DNA of 63,271 nt, the filler included, from Sphacelaria rigidula (taxonomy: Eukaryota), in NCBI GenBank assembly GCA_964200075.2. It is 9 parts of 9 records of this genome, joined end to end, with 100 filler letters (N's around TTAATTAATTAA, not from the genome) between each part and the next. Parts side by side here need not be neighbours in the genome. Positions count along the whole stretch, not along the records: positions 1 to 6,942 come from CAXNAA020017292.1; positions 7,043 to 13,984 come from CAXNAA020017293.1; 7 more parts are not named here. One strand, written 5' to 3'. Below the pieces are notes generated by a model, which was given only the letters and a program-made list of their open reading frames with translations, did not search any database and was not told the origin of the DNA. The stretch's first letter is position 1; each line of letters starts with the position of its first letter. Positions 1 through 11,880 of the stretch are shown here, piece by piece. The translations under genes were made by a program, and so were the position numbers.

Positions 1-134
1 CGAATTGTGGGTACCCACGAAATAGGCGCTCTCCACTGTTGAGCATGGTGTGAGAAAAGATTCCAGATCGCTCCGGGAATCGAACTCAACCATCAGAAGG
101 TTACGAGGTTACCAACTGAGCCACCGGGGCGACC
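1..134 (-). mobile_element. 5' part of tRNA-derived SINE (family S1), cut by window start
   Basis: Minus strand reads GGTCGCCCCGGTGGCTCAGTTGG (A box) ... GTTCGATTCC (B box), then the same body as the copy at 58738-59140; about 7 nt deleted in the variable-arm region. Confidence 0.8.
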
Positions 135-228
135 GGCAGTCAAGAAAAAAGAAAAAAAAAGGAGCTAAAGAGCAAATAAAATAAAGTAAAATAATAGAGA
201 GTTTCGGAAGGTATTGTTTCTGATCATG

Positions 229-1240
229 GAGTCAGAGTGCAGAGTGGAAGCGTTGAAACTTCAGAGTGGACGCTCAAAGGTAGCTGGATGTGGATTTTTT
301 CCCCCGCAGTGATTAGCCGCAGGTTGTGCCGCCAAATGAATGTGCGATCGCCCAGCGTGCAGTCAGGTGCAGTCTGAAAATGCACCAGTCAAGACAGCAT
401 TTGCTGTACTATACCCTGCGGCACCGCACGTGCCGTACACCGCGCTTCACTGCGCCTGTAGTACTTCAATCCACCACGGTGCACCACAGGGTACTGTAAT
501 GCTGTAGGGCTGTGCAGTGTAGAGTACAGCCAGTGCAGTATAGAGAGTGCAATGCAGAACCCTACAACAGTACATCGCGGTACCGTGAACTACAGCGATG
601 CCGTACAGACAGTCTGGTGTACAGTAATACAGCAGCACAACAGTACAGTAGTAGGCAGCACTTTCAAACAGCAGACACGGCCGCATCGTGATGATTTCCA
701 AACATGCCACCCATAAGTGTGGTGCAAGAAGTCATGACCTCTAACGAAATGACGATGTAGCCAGGTGTAGTACTGCTTGTGCGTTGTAGACTACGAGTCG
801 TTCACACCGTCTTCTTACAGCTCAGGCTGGCAAGAGTGAAGAACCGCACCCAAGGGCAACGTGTGCCCGTCGAGCATTTGAATACTCACGCAACACAACC
901 AAGCGAATGCTGATACCATGGCGGCGACAGGGAGGTCTTCCGATTGCCATGCCAAGCTTTTCTACTTCGTGAATGGCCCATTGTGATGAGTATTGTAGTT
1001 TTGATGGATGATGAATGTCCCACTTTGCTTGTTAGGGTGTGTTGACTTTGAACTGGACGTGACCATGGCGGTGAAGGTGGGCGTGGTTCTTCTTCATTCC
1101 ACTATGAGCTCTGAAGAGGAACAACGGTTTTCAGAGTGAAGCGGTGCAAACGGCACTCTGACTCTGAAAAAGTCGCTCTGAAAAAAACTTCATAGCAGAA
1201 AGTGCACCGTTACCGGCTATTTTTCCTTCCACTCTGACTC
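229..1240. mobile_element. Non-autonomous TIR element, dispersed repeat
   Basis: Ends GAGTCAGAGTG(CAGAGTG)GAAG / CTTCCACTCTGACTC are inverted; ~682-1235 aligns by eye with 52672-53212 on another contig. Exact termini uncertain. Confidence 0.6.
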
Positions 1241-2156
1241 TAAGATTTTAAAAAACGTTTTCCGAAACTCTCTAATATCATGGATTTTTTTTATAACGTG
1301 TAATTTCGATAGCGTCATGTGTGGCTGCTGTATACAGCAGTACAGTATTACAGCAGTAGAACCAACTGTACGACTACAGCTGCGATAGTGCACAAGAGAC
1401 TGCGAATGTAGACCAAAACGTATACTTGGAATTAAAAAAATCATGAAAAGAACTGTAACCCCCCCACCTGGCTGACACCATTTCACCATCCTGATACGTG
1501 TACATCAAAACTGCTGGAGCCCCCCTTCTACTGTACGCTACGGTATGTCTTCTTGCTATTAATAACACGTGTCTAGTACAGCGTACGTACTGCTGCACAC
1601 GGGCACACGAGAGCGCGGCGTGCGACTTGGAGCATGCAGTTACACTTCAGCAGAACAAAACAAAACAAGATGTTCAATCAGAATCTTGTGCATCGGGTGA
1701 AGAGCAGTATCGACTACGACTTGGAAAACATGGCCCTGATGTCTGTCTGCCTTGCTGGTCTAGAGGCTTACGCTACGAGGAAGGGCTTTTGTGTGTTTAC
1801 AGCAGCAGGGGCTGCGCAACTGCTGCTGCACCTCCAATGTATTGTTGGTCACGAAACCGCTATTCCGGCTGAAACCGCCCTGAACAACCGATAAACCGGG
1901 GTTAAACGGTGCCAGCCGAACCTTGAACCTCTAAACCGGGAGCAACCGCTAAACCGGTAACCGCCAAACCGGGACCTACTGTATTCATACGAAGTATATG
2001 TTCCGTCATTCCGGTCTCTCGAAATATCCATATTACAACCCCGCTGGAAAATGCCTATGTTTGCTTCCTTGATTGCAGCACGGTCAAGGATTTCTAGCAG
2101 TGCACATACTGCGCTGACCTAGCATCTGTATCCGTCTCCCTACTCCGTGTTGCCAG

Positions 2157-2423
2157 CATGTGCGGTGTAGGAACAATACCATTTCTAGGGGCCCGGTCGT
2201 TCCCGGGTGTGTTCTTCATCGGGGGCGAGGTGGCAGTGGACGCCGTGGAGCACATGAAGGGCAACCTTAGATCGTTGTGGAGACACCTAACGCCGGCGAA
2301 GGCCCGTGGGAGAGATGAAGTTGGTGTTGGGGTCCAGACGGCGGTCGGTTCCGCGGCGTGCGTCTGGAACGCTCAGGCTCTACCTCTTCGAGATGGCACA
2401 GTGGACATAATGGTGGTGGACAT
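2157..2423 (+). CDS. Internal exon of THUMP-family/UPF0020 RNA methyltransferase (THUMPD3/Trm14-like)
   Basis: CAG acceptor ends at 2156; encodes (P)MCGVGTIP SAM-binding motif and VWNAQALPLRDGTVDIMVVD; GTGAGT donor at 2424; splices in phase (AT|G) to 5136 giving DMPFG. Confidence 0.85.
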
Positions 2424-2486
2424 GTGAGTCGCTGCTGAAACTGCAATTGTACTGTAAGACAACATGTACTTCTCAAGCGTTTGATA

Positions 2487-4103
2487 CAGACTGGTTCATG
2501 CTCATCGCCCAAAATTGTGTCATCAGCAAATGCCTTTCGCGATACCTACCCAATAGTCGTATACATGATATCATACTGACCACCATGGACAGCTGAAGAG
2601 CGTGGCATAGCCGGATTTTTGTGTAAGGCCGTAGTGGTAGCGCTGAGGGCGAAAAGGTAAATTGACCAATCAGCGCCCGTCAAACTGTTCCGAGATCGAT
2701 ATTACGAATTCCAAGCCCAATTTTCACCCAATCTCAACATGCGTCAAATCGTAGTAACCGTTGGCTCGGCAATCTAACGAAGAACAACATATCTTGGAAC
2801 GGTTACTACGGGGGTCGAATCATACCCGCAACCGTGATGTTTCGGTGATGTGGGGTGTTGGCGTCGTCTAATTTCCACTAAAGATGCGCACGAAAGACCC
2901 AGGGTGCCTTATGACGGTGTCCCCTATATCTGTTATAGAAAAGCTCAGATCGCCCTCAACGCAGCGACAGTAGCAAAGATGCGCACGAAAGACCCAGGGA
3001 GCCTTATGACGATGTCCCCTATATCTGTCGTAGAAAAGCTCAGATCGCCCTCAAACTTGGCAGTTCCATAGGTATTGATGCCCCAAATGAAAAATTGCAT
3101 TCTTGAAAATATTTCATAGTTTCTCCGTTCTCCACCGGCTTCCGGGGGTCCCAGTACGAAGACTTCCGGAAGGTGGTACAGAATGCCCCCAAAGAAGAAT
3201 AATCAAATGGTGCGTCCCGGAGGGAGTCCAAGGAACACATGTACAAAGTTTGATGGAGAATCTCGAAAACGTTACACAGTTTTTCTTGCCTCGACGTGAA
3301 ATTCACTGATAAAGACGTTTCCATTCTAAAACCAAGTAGGTAAAAGTTGCGCGTTTCAAGCCCACGTCCTCCACAAACGCGCAAACCTTCACGCCATTAC
3401 TAGGAGTTAGACCCTGAAACTTTGCACAAATATGCTGTGTGTCATTATGCAACTTTCCATCGACGGTGTTCTTTTACTTCTTGAGTTTTTCACCGTTCTC
3501 CGGGAGTCCGACGGGATCCAAGTCGTTTTTCGCAGTAGTCTCCATTCTGGGACCCCGGAAAACCGGCACTACGATATTTTTTTCATTCCTTTTTTCGCGC
3601 ACGATTCGTCGCCGCATTACCCAAGGAAGGGCCCCACGAAATTCCGTCGCAAAACTCGATCAACTGATGCTTGAATTTTCATATTCACGTGAATGAAGGC
3701 CCACAAACGCCGTTTTGTCACAAGAATCAACAAGTAGTTTGCGGTTTCATCGCGGTACGCCAAAGTTTATCGCACAAAAGCGGAAAACCTCACGCCGTGT
3801 TGGGGAGTTAGCCCCTGATTTTTTTCACAGCTGTTCTATGGGTGATCACGCAACTTTGGATGAACGAGCTTTTTCTAGTTCTTCTTTGCCGTTTGACGGG
3901 GGGGTCCGATTGGATCGATGTTTTCCCGAAAAACTGGGGACTCCCCGAAGACGGTGGAAAAGGTAAAACCTCGAAAACCTCGTTCTTCAAAAGTTGCGTG
4001 ATGACCCATAAAACATCTGTGCAAATTTCAGGGTCTAAGTCCTTAAAACGGCGTGAGGTTTTGCCAATGAGTGTTTTTTGGGTGATGAGCGTGAACCAGC
4101 TCG
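2487..4103. mobile_element. Non-autonomous TA-flanked (Tc1/mariner-type) TIR element, family M1, intronic
   Basis: TA|CAGACTGGTTCATGCTCATCGCCC ... GGGTGATGAGCGTGAACCAGCTCG|TA; colinear with 25598-27051; no transposase ORF. Confidence 0.8.
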
Positions 4104-5019
4104 TACCGTAGGACATCAATGTTGTATGTACGGGTGCTCTATGCCAACTGAGGCACCTCTACCGAGGACAGTTTTTCGCCAGGCGGAGAGTCTAGCTAGG
4201 GTTCGAGTGAAGGTTGAGTTTTATGAGTCGCTGCACCTTCACCAATTTTTCATCTTGTGTGAGTTTTTTCGGTCGCGAAAATGACGGGTGCTTACAGCAA
4301 CACGCCTGTATCCTACGCAGCGACAGTAGCAAGGTATTACAGAGGGTATTTAAGGCATCCTATAAGCCCTGAAGAGACACGTCGGAAGTGAAACTGTTGT
4401 GGGCATTAGTTGACCATTTCTGGAAATCTGGAGTTCTAGATTTCTGCTGATTGATGAGGCGAATGGAGAAGAATATTTACATTGGATTCATCTCACGGCT
4501 AATAGTTGTCACTCGAGCCGCTGCTCACCTGGCACGGAAGTCTTCGCCAAGAAACACCAGGCGATAAATGGATGAGGATTTACTATTCTTTGGGTTCTCA
4601 TTCTCAATCAAATGTTCTTTGGCTGAAAAAAAGAACTGTTCAACGTCCTGTACCGCAGATTTGGACACAACAGAGTGTTATCGGGTCGTGAAGAACATGG
4701 TCACGACTTGATCGACAAGGCCAACTGGCATCGACTGAATAACTCTTGAACGCAACACTTCTTTGTCGGAGCTTGGCCGCGGATTTCGTTTCACGTCTGC
4801 CAAAAAGTGCATGGTTGACGGCAAGAACAGTGATCTCGTAAGATGTGAGAGTCTAGGATACGGTCAAATAGGTTAAGAAATATTGTAGCGCGCGACTGAA
4901 GCCTTCAATATCCCTGAGGCGAATATCGATGTTTGGCTGTCAGCATACGACAGTATTTCGGGAAGAAAAGGGCCCACTTGAGATTAAGAAAAGTGGTCAA
5001 GTGAGCGGATAATAAAACT

Positions 5020-5065
5020 CCCTCTCAATCAACGCAAGATTCTCAATCTCACGAACATTGTCAAC
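5020..5065 (-). repeat. Dispersed repeat end (AACAGTGTTTTCGTGAGATTGAGAG family)
   Basis: Reverse complement resembles plus-strand copies at ~5725-5780, ~6878-6940 and ~49096-49160. Confidence 0.55.
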
Positions 5066-5135
5066 GGTCTTTCAAGGCGTTCGCACCCCCCAATCGATGT
5101 CTCGAAGATTTCATATACCGCAACCCCCTTGGCAG

Positions 5136-5691
5136 GCCTTTTGGTTTCTCCTGCGGCACACCGAGGGTGAACGAGAAACTCTATCCTACGGCCCTCAACG
5201 AGATGGCGCGCGTTGTCCGCCCCAGCACCGGACGTGTAGTGCTGCTGGTGACACAGCCTTACCTTCTGGGCCTTCCGGAAATCCAGAAGGCACGCCGTAA
5301 GGAGAAAGGGCTACTCCGCAAGCGATGCAGGGAAGCAGGGATGCCCTTTACGGGAAAGGGGAGTTCCGGGGGGATGGCAATACATAGAAGTGGAAGTCAG
5401 GCAGCGGTGAAAACTGAGGACAGGAGACATGTAGGTGCTGATCCCCGGGAAACTCATGACAGCATCAAAGCAAGTAACGAAGGGTTAAACGTGCCACCCA
5501 CAGGATGTGCTGATGAAACGACAGAAGAGACCTTGCGGGGCGTGATTTGGCGGGTTCGAGCGCGACATGCGGTCAACGTGGGCGGTTTGATATCGTGCCT
5601 CTTGATACTTGATCGGACGGATGAACCTCCGCCACCGCAACCGTTGGATCGGCGAAAGCGATGGGTTGCGACAGATACTCACGGTACATGA
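5136..5691 (+). CDS. Terminal exon of the THUMP-family RNA methyltransferase
   Basis: CAG acceptor ends at 5135; PFGFSCG...KLYPTALNEMARVVRPSTGRVVLL ... VNVGGL match the C-terminal methyltransferase motifs of this family; TGA at 5689-5691. Confidence 0.85.
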
Positions 5692-6942
5692 GATCACGTT
5701 TAGTTCCTGCGTCATACACGCACCAACATTTTCGTGGGATTGAGAGCAGGATGCTGATTCAGAGTGAGTGTGATCATTCGCCAATTTTTTTTCATTCCGT
5801 GTGCTTACAGCTACGCGTCGCTATCCTACTCAGAGATATGAAGGGCCTAAGTGGCGAGCTACTAAATAAAGCATATCGGGCCGCAGGGAGGTGCATTTCG
5901 GAACTGAAACGATTCAGTCACTAATTGATTGCTCTTCACTCTCAACCTAGTCCTCTACTCTCATTCTCACGAATACATTCACCCGATCTGAGCGAACAAT
6001 GGTGACTACTGAAACCATCTTGCTGCTCGTCAACATTTACTGTTTTGGAACACCTTGCGCATATCTGTGTCGGTGTGAAGGAGGGACAGTAGGAGTGAGG
6101 TGGTAGGAACACATAACATGTCCTCATGACCTCCATGTGCGGTGTTCCTTGGCGAAGCGGTAGCAAATGCTGGCCCTTTTGATCACGTTCGATTGTTTCT
6201 CTTGAAGGTATGACCAGGTCACTGCGAGAACGATTGCCACAAGGCAAGGACTCGACATCAAGACAGCAAATACATTTGGATTGGGTGGGTGTTTCACCGC
6301 AACTTGACTGCAACTACATTCGGCCATACTCCACGTCACTTGGTCCGGCCACCTGTCCCCGTCTACTTCATCCCGTCGATCTGTACTCTTGTAACCCCGA
6401 AACGTCGCTACTCGCGCTCTTCATGGCAGCTAATAACATGTGTATACCGTACGACCCCCTGAGACTACTGCGGTTTGGTCCCCATTACACGTGACAATCT
6501 TCTTTGAGTATGTCAACACTGTGCTCTTCACCACCAGCTCAGATAGTAGAGACACATCTGACTTGGTACTACAATGACGACAAACCGTAAAACGGGTTCA
6601 CCAAATACTCTGCCGTATGCAGCAAAACGTGCCCCACAAGTCCCGACATGGACTAACTGAAGTCGTGTGTGCCTCAGACTTCAAATGCAGTTTCTCGTGT
6701 AGCTATACTTCAATTCGTTTCGCTCGTGAAGAAAAATATGTTGGACCATTGCAGCGATCGCTCAAGAACATATTTTGCATATCTCGGCGAAACCCGGACT
6801 TTGTAGGAACCGGGTGAAATGGTGATACATCCCTGTACACTGCTCAAAAATTGCAAAAATGGCCGTACACCTACTGCTAACAGTGTTTTCGTGAGATTGA
6901 GAGTAGATGATACGATTGAGAGTGAAAAGCGGTCAATCAGTG

Positions 6943-7042
6943 NNNNNNNNNNNNNNNNNNNNNNNNNNNNNNNNNNNNNNNNNNNNTTAATTAATTAANN
7001 NNNNNNNNNNNNNNNNNNNNNNNNNNNNNNNNNNNNNNNNNN
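6943..7042. other. Artificial contig linker
   Basis: 44 N + TTAATTAATTAA + 44 N (stops in all six frames). Confidence 0.99.
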
Positions 7043-7281
7043 ACTATGTCGTGGGTACACAAAAGTCGACTTAACGGTCGACGAGGGAAAGGGACTGCTG
7101 AATCCCTCTCGCGATAGAAAGTATAGGCAAACACCGCAGAAGGAAGGTGGAGTACTAAAAACGAATAAAAATGAAAAAGCGCCTGTGTTGACCGTCCTCC
7201 TGTGTGACCCCGGCTGATGCGCCCACATACACTGAAAGATGTAGACTGGCTCCCAGAAGAAACGAGACAACACACACACAC
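7043..7281 (+). mobile_element. 3' half of SINE S1 with (CA)n tail
   Basis: Matches reverse complement of 58738-59020; ends GACAACACACACAC. Confidence 0.8.
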
Positions 7282-7284
7282 GGG

Positions 7285-7473
7285 TAACGCAGAACCGGTG
7301 ACCACAGGGGCACTAAAAGACGCATATCGACCCGCTTTTTCTGTCGTCGTGATGTTTACCGAAGATAAATTACATGCTGTGAAGGGGATGGGCGGCCCCG
7401 TACCAGCGGCCAGATAGGTATCAGGAGGCATATATACCGGGTCGCCTCTTCTGTCACCATTTTTCCTGACGAG

Positions 7474-7506
<33 letters not shown>

Positions 7507-8032
7507 ATATATATATGTAAATCAGACGAATTCGACACCTCTTCGTAGCAATACACGCGAACTTTTGCCACTCCCTTCGAAGAGTTTCCCAATCTGCACG
7601 GGCTCCGGCATCCACCGCGTCTGGATCGTTCTCAAAGTGTATACCATACTTATAATATACGATATATATTGACCGCCCAATACATTGACACGCGCGCAGA
7701 TCCAACATATATTGATCGGTCAATATGTTCTCACCAATGTGACCCTAATATATATATATATATATATATATGTATTGGTTGTGCAATATGCCGTCACCCA
7801 CACTGCCCCAATATATATTGATGGGACAATAGACTATGTGTTCAACCCCACGGTACCAATATATATTGGGAGGGCAATATGTATACAGTCCCACGACATC
7901 AACATATATTGGGCGCGCAATACGTGTGCGGTCCAAGGGTACCAGTATATATTACGCCGGTAATATATCGCAAAATTTCAATATGATCGACTAATATATA
8001 TATTAAAAACATTTTGTATTATCCAGGGTGTG
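7285..8032. mobile_element. Partial TIR element with CAATATATATTG motif array (family M2)
   Basis: 7285-7680 matches reverse complement of ~51270-51692; repeated CAATAT(AT)nATTG; ends TTGTATTATCCAGGGTGTG like the TIR ending at 52669. Confidence 0.7.
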
Positions 8033-10288
8033 AAATATTGGCCTGTTCACGGGCCGTTTAGTGACGGAGTCGGAATAAATTCGGAGCAGTATGTTGCAGG
8101 TCACTTACCGGCCCACGTTGGTTGTGTATTAAAACTTTGTGTGGGCCGTGGCTAGGGTATAATTGACAAAACAAAGTGGGTCAGGTTAATTTTGTTTTCA
8201 TTGGTTTAGGACGTTTTAGTATGGAAACGACCATCTTCTTTCGAGAACGCCCGAACCTCTCCCCTCCCAAAACAAACAGTGGGCCTTTTTTTTTTATTCG
8301 GTATACCTCTGTGGTTCATCATCCTCAACTCTAAGTCACAATTCTAAAAACTGAACTGAAACAATGAGATGTGGCCCAAGAGCGGTGTTCATTTCTCCTC
8401 AAAATTGCCCTAAAGGTGCAAAAAAAAGGTGAAGGAAAAACGAAAAAAATGAGAAAGCTGTTCCTCTCAGCCTTATTAACCATTAGACGACGAGCGTCGC
8501 CTCGGAATAGTTGTACAGGCTGACAGTCCCGAGATATCCGGGGGTTTCCAGGGCTCGGGGGGGGGGGGGGGGGCCCCGCGAAGACACGGAAGCACGCCCG
8601 CAGGCCCACGTGCGTGNNNNNNNNNNCGGTGTGGGAGTGGTGGCAAGGCAGGGCGGCCGGAGTGTGCCGGGGGGTGCCGCGGGGGGGGGGGGGGGGGGGG
8701 GGTCTCCGCGAAGCATCGAATAAGCTCACGAAGTCAACCGTGCGTGTTTGGAAGTTTCTCGCGGAAAATAATGAGCTGTGCACAAGGCCTGAGTGGCGCG
8801 GGATGACCATTCTGACCAATCACGTTCGTCAAAATGAGCACTTTCGTTCCGGTAGAGGTAGACAGCTGGTAGGCACATTCGCTGTCTACCCTCAAATGTC
8901 GTTTTGATCATGCCAAATCAACCATAGATCATGTGACCAATAAGCAGGTGTTCGAGCATCTTCGGTACAATGTGTCTGTCTGTTCAGTACTGCCTGGGCG
9001 TCCTACTAGCTCCACACCTCCATCTGGTATAAAACGTCATGACGCAACACGCAAGCGGCGGCCACGAGTATCCTACGCACGTAAATGTAGACAAATACTT
9101 GGACGGTGAGGCGATCGCCACGGCCGAGCAATTGCTCTACGGTAGTCAGAGACATTCGCGGCGAGTCATGATGCGATATCCAAACGCACGTTGCGTACAC
9201 TCGGCACGTTCAACACTGTAAGATCCAGTACGCTGCAGATCGCACGTGGAGCCGCGGTACGATACACTACAGACTGCACAGAAAAAATATGAGGCGAAAT
9301 AATCAAGTGGTCGACAACCACACCACCGTCTATGTTATGACTCTCACAACTATGTGCCTCTCACGCACTCCCGGTCCCTTCCACCGTAGAGTAGGCGTTT
9401 TGAGTTGTGACGAAGGAATGTTTCTGAACCCAAAAAGTGGAGTGTCTACCTCAGTCACTCTAGAAAACTGAGACGCGATATCCAAATTAGTTCATCTAGT
9501 TCCTCTGCTCGTAATGTAGTGATTTTAGTATGGAAACGTAAGTACGCCATATCTCGGAATGGATAACGAATTGGGTGAAGGTGAGGATATCTACCGTCTC
9601 CCCGTGCTGCAGGGAATATACACACCAAAAATCGTCGTCATCCGCTGAATGCATCGATCGGGGTTTTATATAGATTTTAGTAAGGACGCTATCTCTGTCA
9701 GGTGGAGGAACTACTATTTTAGAAATGGGATCTAATCAACGAGAGAATATTGGCTCAGACTTTTGAGCAGATGGCCACCTTCCCCTTGATTAGACGATTC
9801 GTACCATATATATGCAGATCATGGCCCAACTCGTCTGTGTCGATGAGATATTGCTTCGAGAGCGTAAACCCGCTTCTAGGCTGGCCCAGCTCGTACGGTA
9901 TCGGTAAAAATCGTCGAGAGCATCTACCATGCAGAGCAGTCTCTGAGAGCATGAGCAGCGACAGATTCCAGGTTCGAAATCCAAATTTCATCAGCAGAGC
10001 AGTAAACCAGCCCGTCGCCAGACGGCCACAAAACAATCACTAGCAAGACACAGACGAAATGAGAACGCAGAAAAAGCAGGGTACACTTGAGAAACGTTCC
10101 TGAGCTGGGGAGGGAAACGCAGCAGTAGTAGAGGACAAGCCCTCATTCGTTATTTTTTACGAAGCTGCCTACGGCGCTTCTGTCGCACGCGGCCGCTCGC
10201 TGGTACGTATCTTCTTTCAATAACGGCAAAACAGTAGTGCATGTGCACCGCGGCAGACAGAGTGGACAAAGTAACGTAAAGGTATTGA

Positions 10289-10673
10289 CAACAGCCAATC
10301 ATCGAAATTGAGGAGGAAGCTCTTCATTGAAGATGAAAACCCGGAGGATTAAAATCTTCGTATCCACACCAAATCTTCGAAATATGGTTTCATTCCCTCA
10401 CCTACTGGTCGCTGTCAATACTGCGCGTCATTCAAATTTGGATCTCGATAACCGAAATGTTGGGGTCCTAGATGAAGAAACGATTCGGGGGAATATAGGT
10501 AATACGATCGGATCGCCGAAATTCCCCGGAATTAGTTTTTCACCCAGAACCTAAACATTCCGGGGATAGAAATCCAAATTTGTATGATGTGCAGTAGTTG
10601 TCAATAGCTACCAGTAGGGGAAGGAATCAAACAATATTTCGAAGATTTGGTGTGGATACAAAGATTTTGAGGG
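10289..10673. mobile_element. Foldback MITE family M3, right arm interrupted
   Basis: Long inverted arms homologous to 43356-43788 and 48618-48925. Confidence 0.75.
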
Positions 10674-10930
10674 TGATGGCCTAAAAAAGGTATACCTTTT
10701 CCTTTTTGCCGAAGAAAGGTGCGAAAAATGGCCAGAAACGCGAAAACAGCAAAACGCGCCATGTAGACTGTTTTCGCTCCGAAGATTTCACGCATATCAT
10801 TCGGGACGGGGGGGGGAGGGGGGGCTTGGCACTCGGGCCTCGTAAAAAAAGGTAAAACAAAAATGTTGCTCGCCATGTATGGCCACACGAAAAAAGGACG
10901 TCTCGCCTCCAGAAACCGCTTCCCCTTACC
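10674..10930 (+). mobile_element. Fragment of TIR family M4 (CAACGGCCTA..AAAGGTATACC end)
   Basis: Matches reverse complement of 49291-49535 and 28168-28208. Confidence 0.7.
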
Positions 10931-11597
10931 AGGCCAAACTTTCACCAGGTATATCTGATTCAGGAGTATTTCTTCAATCGTACCTCATCTGGGCCACCGA
11001 TCGGCCGAGAACATACCTGTGCTAGGCTATCGCTTTCTATACTCTGTACCTGGTGCGGCACATCGCGCGCAAGGGAGTCTACGCGACAACTCCAACCACG
11101 GCGCCCACATATTCGGCTCTTTTCTCGCTGATTGCCATTCACGGAGGCCACAACGACCACGCCCCTTTCTCCCGGGAAATGGCTCCCGAGTATCTCCGCA
11201 TCGACACAATAACTGGACTCAGAACTCGCATCGCGTCGGTCTTTTGTGATGCGGGGGATTGTGGAACACCGTACTGTTGCGATCTCGGGGCTGGTGTCAG
11301 GGTCAAGCAAGGCTTTCCCATCACGAACGGGCGGTTGTCGCATCATACATCGATGGTTGGTGCAAGCAAGGGATACAGTACGGGCCGTCACGCGCATAGA
11401 AATAGGGACAGAACATTCATAGCGTTCAGCACTACAGTAGAGAGTAACGTGCGTCCAACGAAAACACTCACGGAACACATCCATCACATCTATCGGGTCC
11501 GTGCATAGCAGTCACCAACGGCCAGCGAGAAGTTCAGATTGTGCCCGTAGAAGACACATGACATAGGCTTGTTCGCCGGTGACAACGACCTAGTCAT

Positions 11598-11880
11598 TGG
11601 AATTTTCCCTCGCATCATGCCCAACAGTGGAGGACGACCACGTCGTGGGTACAAAACGTTTTACCTTTCACGGTCGACGCGGGAACGGACCGCTGTACAT
11701 TTCTTGCGATAAAATGGAAGGCAAGCACGCGCATAAGAAAAATGGAGTACTAATGAAATAATAAAATGAACGCTGCTGTGTTGACCTTCCTCTTGTGTGA
11801 CCTCGGCTGATGCACCCACATATACCGAAAGATATAGACTGGTATCCAGAATATATGGAATGACAACACATACACAACAC
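11598..11880 (+). mobile_element. 5'-truncated, diverged SINE S1
   Basis: CATGCCCAACAGTGGAG ... CGGCTGATGCACCCACATATACCGAAAG ... GACAACACATACAC. Confidence 0.75.

Noticed and set aside
5020..5780. Inverted repeats bracketing the methyltransferase last exon as exon capture
   Set aside because: The repeat ends appear to point outward into two separate neighbouring elements, and the exon splices normally to the upstream exon.
6987..6998. TTAATTAATTAA recurring every ~7.04 kb
   Set aside because: Synthetic six-frame-stop linker inside N padding, not biological periodicity.
8555..8705. Poly-G tracts as a G-quadruplex element
   Set aside because: They flank a 10-N gap; homopolymer lengths and local sequence are unreliable.
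11053..11508. Kinase-like ORF suggested by MAPEY
   Set aside because: No HRD, DFG or other kinase subdomains.
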